From the NCBI RefSeq assembly GCF_009914755.1, contig NC_060933.1: a DNA stretch of 64,000 bases, one strand, 5' to 3'. The notes beneath the pieces are model-generated. The model had not been told where the DNA came from. It made no database searches and saw only the letters and a list, made by a program, of their open reading frames with translations. The translations under genes and the position numbers were made by a program. Shown one piece after another: positions 29,801 to 42,930 of the stretch (positions are counted from its first letter, which is position 1; each line of letters opens with the position of its first letter). Source of the stretch: the human T2T-CHM13v2.0 reference genome, Homo sapiens.

Positions 29801-30270
29801 ATTTCATTGAACTCGGGTTGATTCCATTCCATTGCATTCCATTCCATTCCATTCCATTTAATTCCGTTCCATTCCATTCCATTACATTCGGATAGATTCT
29901 ATTCAACTCCCTTACTCTCCATTACATTCCATTCCATTCGGGTTGTTCCATTCCATTCCATTCCATTCCACTCCATTCCATTGCACTCGGGTTTATTCCA
30001 TACCATTCCATTCCATTCCATTCAATTCCATTCCATTCCGGAAGATTCCATTCCATTGCATTCCATTCCATTCCATTCCCCTGCACTCGCGTTGATTCCA
30101 TTCCATTCCATTCCATTGCATTCCATTCTATTCCATTCCATTCCCTTCCTTTCCGTTCCATTCCATTCCATTGCATTCCATTCCATTCCGTTCCGTTCCA
30201 TTCCATTCCATTCCATTCTATTCGGGTTAATTCCATTCCATTCCATTCGACTGCAATCGAGTTGATTCCA
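23810..30270 (+). repeat. Tandem duplication with period of about 3.55 kb (about 23810-27350, partial second copy 27350-30270)
   Basis: Private variants recur at offsets of 3543-3558: ttacaaacgag (about 23950/27500), gattaattgc (24701/28255), ggaagttt, ccatttcattgaactc and ggatagattct (26347/29890). Confidence 0.8.
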
Positions 30271-33200
30271 TTCCATTCCATTCCATTCCATTCCACTCCA
30301 TTCCATTGCACTCGGGTTGATTCCATTCCATTCCATTCCATTCCATTCCATTCCATTCCATTCCGGAAGATTCCATTCCATTGCATTCCATTCCATTCCA
30401 TTCCCCTGCACTCGTGTTGATTCCATTCCATTCCATTGTATTCCATTCCATTCCCTTCCTTTGCGTTCCATTCCATTCCATTCCATTCCATTCCATTCCA
30501 TTCCATTCCGTTCTGTTCCATTCCATTCCATTCCATTCTATTCGGGTTAATTCCATTCCATTCCATTCGATTGCAATCGAGTTGATTCCATTCCATTCCA
30601 TTCCATTACATTCCATTCCATTCCTTTCCATTCCATTACGGATGATTCCATTCCATTGCATTCCATTCCATTCCATTCCCCTGTACTCGGGTTGATTCCA
30701 TTCCATTCCATTCCAATCCATGTCATTCCACTCGTGTTGATTCCATTCTTTCCATTCCATTCAAGTTGAATCCATTCCATTGCATTCCATTCCATTCGAT
30801 TCCATTCGATTGCACTCGGGTTGATTCCATTCCATTGCATTCCATTCCATTCCATTCCATTCCATTCCATTCCATTCCATTCCATTCCATTCCATCCCAT
30901 TACATTCGGATTGATTCTATTCAATTCCCTTACACTCCATTACATTCCATTCCATTCGGGTAGTTTCCAGTCCATTCCATTCCATTCCTCTCCATTTCAT
31001 TGAACTCGGGTTGATTCCATTCCATTCCATTCCATACCATTCCGGAAGATTCCATTCCATTGCATTCCATTCCATTCCATTCCCCTGCACTCGCGTTGAT
31101 TCCATTCCGTTCCATTCCATTCCATTCCATTCCGTTCCTTTCCGTTCCGTTCCATTCCATTCCATTCCATTCCATTCCATTCCGTTCCGTTCCATTCCAT
31201 TCCATTCCATTCTATTTGGGTTAATTCCATTCCATTCCATTCGATTGCAATCGAGTTGATTCCATTCCATTCCATTCCATTCCATTCCATTCCATTCCAT
31301 TCCATTCCTTTCCATTCCATTACGGATGATTCCATTCCATTGCATTCCATTCCATTCCATTCCCCTTTACTCGGGTTGATTCCATTCCATTCCATTCCAA
31401 TCCATGCCATTCCACTCGTGTTGATTCCATTCTTTCCATTCCATTCAAGTTGAATCCATTCCATTGCATTGCATTCCATTCGATTCCATTCGATTGCACT
31501 CGGGTTGATTCCATTCCATTCCATTCCATTCCATTCCATTCCATTCCTTTCCATTCCATTACGGATGATTCCATTCCATTGCATTCCATTCCATTCCATT
31601 CCCCTATACTCGGTTTGATTCCATTCCATTCCATTCCAATCCATGCCATTCCACTCGCGTTGATTCCATTCTTTCCATTCCATTCAAGTTGAATCCATTC
31701 CATTGCATTCCATTCCATTCGATTCCATTCGATTGCACTCGGGTTGATTCCATTCCATTGCATTCCATTCCATTCCATTCCGTTCCATTCCATTTCATTT
31801 CATTCAGATTGATTCTATTCAATTCCCTTACACTCCATTATATTCCAATCCATTCTGGTTGTCTCCATTCCATTCCATTCCATTTCACTCCATTCCATTG
31901 CACTCGGGATGATTCCATTCCATTCCATTCCATTGCATTCCATTCCATTCCATTCCGGATGATTCCATTCCATTGCATTCCATTCCATTCCGTTCCCCTG
32001 CACTCGGGTTGATTCCATTCCATTCCATTACATTACATTCCGTTCCATTCCATTCCATTCCATTCGGATTGATTCTATTCAATTCCCTTACACTCCATTA
32101 CATTCCATTCCATTCGGGTAGTTTCCATTCCATTCCATTCCATTCCTCTCCATTCCATTGCACTCGGGTTGATTCCATTCCATTCCATTCCATTCCATTC
32201 GATTACATTACATTCCATTACATTCCGTTCCATTGTACTCGGGTTGATTCCATTCCATTGCATTCCATTCCATTCCATTCCATTCCATTCCATTCCGTTC
32301 CATTCCATTACATTCGGATTGATTCTATTCAACTCCCTTACTCTCCATTACATTCCATTCCATTCGGGTTGTTCCATTCCATTCCATTCCATTCCCCTCC
32401 ATTCCATTGTGCTCGGTTTGATTCCATTCCATTCCATTCCATTCCATTCCATTCCATTCCATTCCGGAAGATTCCATTCCATTGTATTCCATTCCATTCC
32501 ATTACCCTGCACTCGCGTTGATTCCATTCCATTCCATTCTATTGCATTCCATTCCCTTCCTTTCCGTTCCATTCCATTCCATTCCTTTCCATTCCATTCC
32601 GTTCCGTTCCATTCCATTCCATTGCATTCTATTCGGGTTAATTCCATTCCATTCCATTCGATTGCAATCGAGTTGATTCCATTCCACTCTATTCCATTCC
32701 ATTCCCTTCCATTCCATTCCTTTCCATTCCATTCCATTACGGATGATTCCATTCCATTGCATTCCATTCCATTCCATTCCCCTGTATTCGGGTTGATTCC
32801 ATTCCATTCCATTCCAATCCATGCCATTCCACTCGTGTTGATTCCATTCTTTCCATTCCATTCAAGTTTAATCCATTCCATTGCATTCCATTCCATTCCA
32901 TTCCATTCCATTCCATTCCATTCCGTTCCATTCCATTCCATTACATTCGGATTGATTCTATTCAATTCCCTTACAATGCATTACATTCCATTGCATTCGG
33001 GTAGTTTCCATTCCATTCCATTCCATTCCTCTCCATTCCATTGAACTCGGGTTGATTCCATTCCATTGCATTCCATTCCATTCCATTCAATTCCATTCCG
33101 TTCCATTCCATTCCATTACATTCGGATTGATTCTATTCAACTCCCTTACTCTCCATTACATTCCATTCCATTCGGGTTGTTCCATTCCATTCCATTCCAT

Positions 33201-36200
33201 TCCACTCCATTCCATTGCACTCGGGTTTATTCCATTCCATTCCATTCCATTCCATTCCATTCCATTCCATTCCATTCCGGAAGATTGCATTCCATTGCAT
33301 TCCATTCCATTCCATTCCGTTGCATTCCATTCCATTACATTCGGATTGATTCTATTCAACTCCCTTACATTCCATTACATTCCATTCCTTTCGGGTTGTT
33401 CCATTCCATTCTATTCCATTCCACTCCATTCCATTGCACTCGGGTTGATTCCATTCCATTCCATTCCATTGCATTCCATTCCATTCCGGATGATTCCATT
33501 CCATTGCATTCCGTTCCATTATATTCCCCTGCACTCGGGTTGATTCCATTCCATTCCTTTCCATTCCATTCGATTCCATTCCATTCCCCTGCACTCGCGT
33601 TGATTCCATTCCATTCCATTCCATTCCATTCCATTCCATTCCATTCCATTCCTTTCCGTTCCATTCCATTCCATTCCATTCCATTCCGTTCCGTTCCATT
33701 CCATTCCATTCCATTCTATTCGGGTTAATTCCATTCCATTCCATTCGATTGCAATCGAGTTGATTCCATTCCATTCCATTCCATTCCATTCCATTCCATT
33801 CCAGTCCTTTCCATTCCTTTCCATTCCATTACTGATGATTCCATTCCATTGCATTCCATTCCATTCCATTCTCCTGTACTCGGGTTGATTCCATTCCATT
33901 CCATTCCAATCCATGCCATTCCACTCGTGTTGATTCCATTCTTTCCTTTCCATTCAAGTTGAATCCATTCCATTGTATTCCATTCCATTCGATTCCATTC
34001 GATTGCAGTCGGGTTGATTCCATTCCATTGCATTCCATTCCATTCCATTCCATTCCATTCCATTCCGTTCCATTCCATTTCATTACATTCAGATTGATTC
34101 TATTGAATTCCCTTCCACTCCATTATATTCCAATACATTCTGGTTGTTTCCATTCCATTCCATTCCATTTCACTCCATTCCATTGCACTCGGGTTGATTC
34201 CATTCCATTCCATTCCATTGCATTCCATTCCATTCCATTCCGGATGATTCCATTCGATTGCATTCCATTCCATTCCATTCCCCTGCACTCGGGTTGATTC
34301 CATTCCATTCCATTCCATTACATTCCGTTCCATTCCATTCCATTCCATTCGGATTGATTCTATTCAATTCCCTTACACTCCATTACATTCCATTCCATTC
34401 GGGTAGTTTCCATTCCATTCCATTCCATTCCTCTCCATTCCATTGCACTCGGGTTGATTCCATTCCATTCCATTCCATTCCATTACATTCCATTCCATTC
34501 CGTTCCATTGTACTCGGGTTGATTCCATTCCATTGCATTCCATTCCATTCCATTCCATTCCATTCCATTCCGTTCCATTCCATTACATTCGGATTGATTC
34601 TATTCACCTCCCTTACTCTCCATTACATTCCATTCCATTCGGGTTGTTCCATTCCATTCCATTCCATTCCACTCCATTCCATTGCACTCGGGTTGATTCC
34701 ATTCCATTCCATTCCATTCCATTCCATTCCATTCCATTCCATTCCGGATGATTCCATTCCATTGCATTCCGTTCCATTACATTCCCCTGCACTCGGGTTG
34801 ATTCCATTCCATTCCATTCCATTCCATTCGATTCCATTCCTTTCCAATTCTTTCCATTCCATTCTATTCCGTACCATGCCATGCCATTCCATTCCATACA
34901 ATTCCATTCCATTCCATTCCACTCCATTCCGTTCCGTTCCGTTCCATTCCATTCCATTCCATTCTATTCGGGTTAATTCCATTCCATTCCATTCGATTGC
35001 AATCGAGTTGATTCCATTCCATTCCATTCCATTCCATTCCATTCCATTCAATTCCTTTCCATTCCATTACGGATGATTCCATTCCATTGCATTCCATTCC
35101 ATTCCATTCCCCTGTACTCGGGTTGAGTCCATTCCATTCCATTCCAATCCATGCCATTCCACTCGTGTTGATTCCATTCTTTCCATTCCATTCAAGTTGA
35201 ATCCATTCCATTACATTCCTTTCCTTTCGATTCCATTTGATTGCACTCGGGTTGATTCCATTCCATTGCATTCCATTCCATTCCATTCCATTCCATTCCA
35301 TTCCATTCCATTCCATTTCATTCCATTCCGTTCCATTCCATTCCATTACATTCGGATTGATTCTATTCAATTCCCTTACACTCCATTACATTCCATTCCA
35401 TTCGGGTAGTTTCCATTCCATTCCATTCCATTCCTCTCCATTCCATTGAACTCGGGTTGATTCCATTCCATTGCATTCCATTCCATTCCATTAAATTCCA
35501 TTCCGTTCCATTCCATTCCATTACATTCGGATTGACTCTATTCAACTCCCTTACTCTCCATTACATTCCATTCCATTCGGGTTGTTCCATTCCATTCCAT
35601 TCCATTCCACTCCATTCCATTGCACTCGGGTTTATTCCATTCCATTCCATTCCATTCCATTCCATTCCGGAAGATTCCATTCCATTGCATTCCATTCCAT
35701 TCCATTCCCCTGCACTCGCGTTGATTCCATTCCATTCCATTCCATTCCATTCCATTCCTTTCCATTCCATTCCTTTCCGTTGCATTCCATTCCATTCCAT
35801 TCCATTCCATTCCATTCCGTTCCGTTCCGTTCCGTTCCATTCCATTCCATTCCATTCTATTCGGGTTAATTCCATTCCATTCCATTCGGTTGCAATCGAG
35901 TTGATTCCATTCCATTCCATTCCATTCCATTCCATTCCATTCCATTCCTTTCCATTCCATTACGGATGATTCCATTCCATTGCATTCTATTCCATTCCAT
36001 TCCCCTGTACTCGGGTTCATTCCATTCCATTCCATTCCAATCCATGCCATTCCACTCGTGTTGATTCCATTCTTTCCATTCCATTCAAGTTGAATCCATT
36101 CCATTGCATTCCATTCCATTCCATTCCCCTGCAGTCGGGTTGTTTCCATTCCATTCCATTCCGTTCCGTTCCGTTCCATTCCATTCCATTCCATTCTATT

Positions 36201-37304
36201 CGGGTTAATTCCATTCCATTCCATTCCATTCCATTCCATTCCATTCCATTCCATTCCAATCGAGTTGATTCCATTCCATTCCGTTCCATTCCATTCCACT
36301 CCATTCCAGTCCTTTCCATTCCATTCCACTCGGGTTGATCCCAATGTATTCCTTTCCATTCCATTCCATTCCATTGCAATCGAGTTGATTCCATTGCTTT
36401 GCATTCCATTCCATTACATTCCATTCCGGATGATTCCATTCCATTGCATTCCATTCCATTCCATTCCCCTGCACTCGGGTTGATTCCATTCCATTCCACT
36501 CCATTCCGTTCCATTCCATTCCATTGCACTGTATTCAGGTTAATTCCATTCCATTCCATTCCATTCCATTCCATTCCATTCCATTACAATCGGGTTGATT
36601 CCATTCCATTCCATTCCATTCCAGTCCTTTCCATTCCATTCCTCTCGGGTTGATTCCATTCTATTAGTTTCCATTCCATTCCATTCCCTTCCATTCCACT
36701 CTGGTTGGTTCCATTCCTTTCCATTCCACTCGAATACATTCCCTCCTATTCCACTCGGAACGATTCCATTCCATTCCATTCCATTCCATTCATTTCGTTC
36801 CATTCCATTCTATTTCGTATCATTTCATTCCATTCCATTCCATTCCATTCCATTCCGTTCCATTCCATTCCATTGTACTCGGGTTGATTCAATTCCATTG
36901 CATTCCATTCCATTCCATTCCATTCCGTTGCTTTCCATTCCATTACATTCGGATTGATTCTATTCAACTCCCTTACTCTCCATTACATTCCATTCCATTC
37001 GGGTTGTTCCATTCCATTCCATTCCATTCCACACCATTCCATTGCACTCGGGTTGATTCCATTCCATTCCATTCCATTCCATTCCATTCCGGATGATTCC
37101 ATTCCTTTGCCTTCTGTTCCATTACATTGCCCTGCACTCGCGTTGATTCCATTCCATTCCATTCCATTCCATTCAATTCCATTCCATTACAATTCGTTCC
37201 ATTCCATTCTATTCCGTACCATTCCATTCCATTCCATACCATTCCATTCCATTCCATTCCATTCCATTCCGTTCCATTCCGTTCCATTCCATTCCATTCC
37301 ATTC

Positions 37305-40300
37305 TATTCGAATTAATTCCATTCCATTCCATTCCATTCCATTCTATTCCATTCCATTGCAATCGAGTTGAATCCATTGCATTTCATTCCATTCCATTCC
37401 ATTGCATTCCGGAAGATTCCATTCCATTGCATTCCATTCCATTCCATTCCCCTGCACTCGCGTTGCTTCCATTCCATTCCATTCCATTCCTTTCTGTTCC
37501 ATTCAATTCCATTCCATTCCATTCTATTCGTGTTAATTCCATTCCATTCTATTCCATTCCATTCCATTGAAATCGAGTTGATGCCATTCCATTCTATTCC
37601 ATTCCATTCCATTCCATTCCATTCCATTTCGGATGATTCCATTCCATTGCATTGCATTCCATTCCATTCCCCTGCACTCGGGTTGATTCCATTCCATTCC
37701 ATTCCATTACATTCCATTCCATTCCGTTCCATTTCATTCTATTCGTGTTAATTCCATTCCATTCCATTCCACTCCATTCCAGTCCTTTCCATTCCATTCC
37801 ACTCGGGTTGATTCCATTCTATTCCTTTCAATTCCATTCCATTCCATTGCAATCGAGTTGATTCCATTCGAGTTGAATCCATTCCATTCCATTCCATTCC
37901 ATTCCATTGCACACGGGTTCATTCCATTCCATTCCATTCCATTCCATTCCATTCCATTTCATTCTATTCCATTCTATTCCATACCATTCCATTCCATCCC
38001 ATTCCATTCCGTTCCATTCCATGCCATTACACTCGGGTTGATTCCATTCCTTTCCATTCCATTCTTGTTGAATCCATTCCATTCCATTCCATTCCATTCG
38101 AATGCATTCCATTGCACTCAGGTTGATTCCATTCCATTCCATTCCATTTCATTCCATTCCATTCCATTACATTCGGATAGATTCTATTCAATTCCCTTAC
38201 TCTCCATTACATTCCATTCCATTCGGGATGTTTCCATTCCATTCCATTCCATTCCACTCCATTCCATTGCTTCAGGTTCATTGCATTCCATTCCATTCCA
38301 TTCCATTCCGGATGATTCCATTCCATTGCATTCCATTCCATTCCATTCCCCTGCACTCGGGTTGATTCCATTCCATTCCATTCCATTCCATTCCATTCCA
38401 TTCCATTCCATTCCGTTCCATTCCATTCCATTCCATTCTATTCCGGTTAATTCCATTCCATTCCATTGGATTAAATTCCATTCCATTCCATTCCATTGCA
38501 ATCGAGTTGATTCCATTCCTTTCCAGTCCATTCTGTTCCGGATGATTCCATTCCATTCCATTCCATTCCATTCCATTCCATTCCCCTGCAGTCGGGTTGA
38601 TTCCATTCCATTCCATTCCATTCCATTCCATTCCATTCTATTCGAATTAATTCCATTCCATTCCATTCCATTCCATTCTATTCCATTCCATTGCAATCGA
38701 GTTGAATCCATTGCATTTCATTCCATTCCATTCCATTCCATTCCGGAAGATTCCATTCCATTGCATTCCATTCCATTCCATTCCCCTGCACTCGCGTTGA
38801 TTCCATTCCATTCCATTCCATTCCATTCCATTCCGGATGATTCCATTCCATTGAATTCCATTCCATTGCATTCCCCTGCACTTGGGTTGATTCCATTCCT
38901 TTCCATTCCATTACTTTCTGTTCCATTCAATTCCATTCCATTCCATTCTATTCGTGTTAATTCCATTCCATTCTATTCCATTCCATTCCATTGAAATCGA
39001 GTTGATGCCATTCCATTCCATTCCATTCCATTCCATTCCATTCCATTCCGGAGGATTCCATTCCATTGCATTGCATTCCATTCCATTCCCCTGCACTCGG
39101 GTTGATTCCATTCCATTCCATTCCATTACATTCCATTCCATTCCGTTCCATTTCATTCTATTCGTGTTAATTCCATTCCATTCCATTCCACTCCATTCCA
39201 GTCCTTTCCATTCCATTCCACTCGTGTTGATTCCATTCTATTCCTTTCAATTCCATTCCATTCCATTGCAATCGAGTTGATTCCATTCGAGTTGAATCCA
39301 TTCCATTCCATTCCATTCCATTCCATTGCACACGGGTTCATTCCATTCCATTCCATTCCATTCCATTCCATTCCATTCCATTTCATTCTATTCCATTCTA
39401 TTCCATACCATTCCATTCCATCCCATTCCATTCCGTTCCATTCCATGCCATTACACTCGGGTTGATTCCATTCCTTTCCATTCCATTCTTGTTGAATCCA
39501 TTCCATTCCATTCCATTCCATTCGAATCCATTCCATTGCACTCGGGTTGATTCCATTCCATTCCATTCCATTCCATTTCATTCCATTCCATTCCATTACA
39601 TTCGGATTGATTCTATTCAATTCCCTTACACTCCATTACATTCCATTCCATTCGGGATGTTTCCATTCCATTCCATTCCATTCCACTCCATTCCATTGCA
39701 TCAGGTTGATTGCATTCCATTCCATTCCATTCCATTCCAGATGATTCCATTCCATTGCATTCCATTCCATTCCATTCCCCTGCACTCGGGTTGATTCCAT
39801 TCCATTCCATTCCATTCCATTCCATTCCATTCCGTTCCATTCCATTCCATTCCATTCTATTCCGGTTTATTCCATTCCATTCCATTGGATTAAATTCCAT
39901 TCCATTCCATTCCATTGCAATCGAGTTGATTCCATTCCTTTCCAGTCCATTCTGTTCCGGATGATTCAATTCCATTCCATTCCATTCCATTCCATTCCCC
40001 TGCAGTCGGGTTGATTCCATTCCATTCCATTCCATTCCATTCCATTCCATTCCATTCCATTCCATTCCGTTCAATTCCATTCCATTCCATTCTATTCGGG
40101 TTAATTCCATTCCATTCCATTCCATTCCATTCCATTCCATTCCATTCCATTCTAATCGAGTTGATTCCATTCCATTCCATTCCATTCCATTCGAATCCAT
40201 TCCATTGCACTCGGGTTGATTCCATTCCATTCCATTCCATTCCATTTCATTCCATTCCATTCTATTACATTCGGATTGATTCTATTCAATTCCCTTACAC

Positions 40301-42930
40301 TCAATTACATTCCATTCCATTCGGGATGTTTCCATTCCATTCCATTCCATTCCACTCCATTCCATTGCATCAGGTTGATTGCATTCCATTCCATTCCATT
40401 CCATTCCGGATGATTCCATTCCATTGCATTCCATTCCATTCCATTCCCCTGCACTCGGGTTGATTCCATTCCATTCCATTCCATTCCATTCCATTCCATT
40501 CCGTTCCATTCCATTCCATTCCATTCTATTCCGGTTAATTCCATTCCATTCCATTCGATTAAATTCCATTCCCTTCCATTCCATTGCAATCGAGTTGATT
40601 CCATTCCATTCCAGTCCATTCCGTTCCGGATGATTCCATTCCATTCCATTCCATTGCATTCCATTCCCCTGCAGTCGGTTTGATTCCATTCCATTCCATT
40701 CCATTCCATTCCATTCCATTCCGTTCAATTCCATTCCATTCCATTCTATTCGGGTTAATTCCATTCCATTCCATTCCATTCCATTCCATTCCATTCCATT
40801 CCAATCTAGTTGATTCCATTCCATTCCATTCCATTCCATTCCATTCCATTCTATTCCATTCCATTGCAATCGAGTTGAATCCATTGCCTTTCATTCCATT
40901 CCATTCCATTCCATTGCATTCCGGAGGATTCCATTCCATTGCATTCCATTCCATTCCATTCCCCTGCACTCGCGTTGATTCCATTCCATTCCACTCCATT
41001 CCATTCCGTTCCGTTCCATTCCATTCCATTCCATTCCATTCCGTTCCGTTCCATTCCATACCATTCCATTCTATTCGGGTTGACTCCATTCCATTCCATT
41101 CGACTGCCATCGAGTTGATTCCATTCCATTCCATTCCATTCCATTCCATTCCTTTCCATTCCATTACGGATGACTCCATTCCATTGCATTCCATTCCATT
41201 CCATTCCCCTGTACTCGGGTTGATTCCATTCCATTCCATTCCACTCCATTCGGTTCCGTTGCATTCCATTCTATTGCATTCCATTCTATTCGGGTTAATT
41301 CCATTCCATTCTATTCCATTGCATTCCATTCCATTCCATTCCATTGCAATGGAGTTGATTCCATTCCATTCCATTCCATTCCTGAAGATTCCATTCCATT
41401 GCATTCCATTCCATTCCATTCCCCTGCACTCGCGTTGATTCCATTCCATTCCATTCCATTCCATTCCATTCCATTCCGGATGATTCCATTCCATTGAATT
41501 CCATTCCATTCCATTCCCCTGCACTTGGGTTGATTCCATTCCATTCCATTCCATTCCTTTCTGTTCCATTCAATTCCATTCCATTCCATTCTATTCGTGT
41601 TAATTCCATTCCATTCTATTCCATTCCATTCCATTGAAGTCGAGTTGATTCCATTCCATTCCATTCCATTCCATTCCATTCCATTCCATTCCATTCCGGA
41701 TGATTCCATTCCATTGCATTCCATTCCATTCCATTCCCCTGCACTCGGGTTGATTCCATTCCATTCCATTCCATTACATTCCATTCCATTCCTTTCCATT
41801 TCATTCTATTCGTGTTAATTCCATTCCATTCCATTCCACTCCATTCCAGTCCTTTCCATTCCATTCCACTCGGGTTGATTCCATTCTATTCCTTTCAATT
41901 CCATTCCATTCCATTGCAATCGAGTTGATTCCATTCGAGTTGAATCCATTCCATTCAATTCCATTCCATTCCATTCCATTGCACATGGGTTCATTCCATT
42001 CCATTCCATTCCATTCCATTTCATTCTATTCCATTCTATTCCATACCATTCCATTCCATCCCATTCCATTCCGTTCCATTCCATGCCATTACACTCGGGT
42101 TGATTCCATTCCTTTCCATTCCATTCTTGTTGAATCCATTCCATTCCATTCCATTCCATTCGAATCCATTCCATTGCACTCGGGTTGATTCCATTCCATT
42201 CCATTCCATTCCATTTCATTCCATTCCATTCCATTACATTCGGATTGATTCTATTCAATTCCCTTACACTCCATTACATTCCATTCCATTCGGGATGTTT
42301 CCATTCCATTCCATTCCATTCCACTCCATTCCCTTGCATCAGGTTGATTGCATTCCCTTCCTTTCCATTCCATTCCGGATGATTCCATTCCATTGCATTC
42401 CATTCCATTCCATTCCCCTGCACTTCCGTTGATTCCATTCCATTCCATTCTATTCCATTCCATTCCCTTCCTTTCCGTTCCATTCCATTCCGTTCCATTC
42501 CATTCCATTCCGTTCCGTTCCATTCCATTCCATTCCATTCCATTCTATTCGGGTTAATTCCATTCCATTCCATTCGATTGCAATCGAGTTGATTCCATTC
42601 CATTCCATTCCATTCCATTCCATTCAATTCCATTCTATTCCGGTTAATTCCATTCCATTCCATTCGATTAAATTCCATTCCATTCCATTCCATTGTAATC
42701 GAGTTGATTCCATTCCATTCCAGTCCATTCCGTTCCGGATGATTCCATTCCATTCCATTCCATTCCATTCCATTCCATTCCCCTGCAGTCGGGTTGATTC
42801 CATTCCATTCCATTCCATTCCATTCCGTTCCATTCCATTCCATTCCATTCCGTTCAATTCCATTCCATTCCATTCTATTCGGGTTAATTCCATTCCATTC
42901 CATTCCATTCCATTCCATTCCATTCCAATC
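37305..42930 (+). repeat. Distinct sub-array: about three copies of a 1.35-1.5 kb unit plus a 0.67 kb sub-duplication
   Basis: Motifs seen only here are gagttgattccattcgagttgaatcc (about 37855, 39274, 41922), gcaca(c/t)gggttc, cttgttgaatcc, cgggatgtttcc (38224, 39653, 40322, 42291) and (g/c)gattaaattcc. Confidence 0.8.

Noticed and set aside
23810-30270. DYZ1 (Yq12, about 3.6 kb unit) identity suggested by 3.55-3.7 kb spacings
   Set aside because: The period is not maintained across the window. EcoRI sites are sparse and irregular (about 5366, 7971, 34105, 38853, 41496), and I noticed no GGCC (HaeIII) sites.
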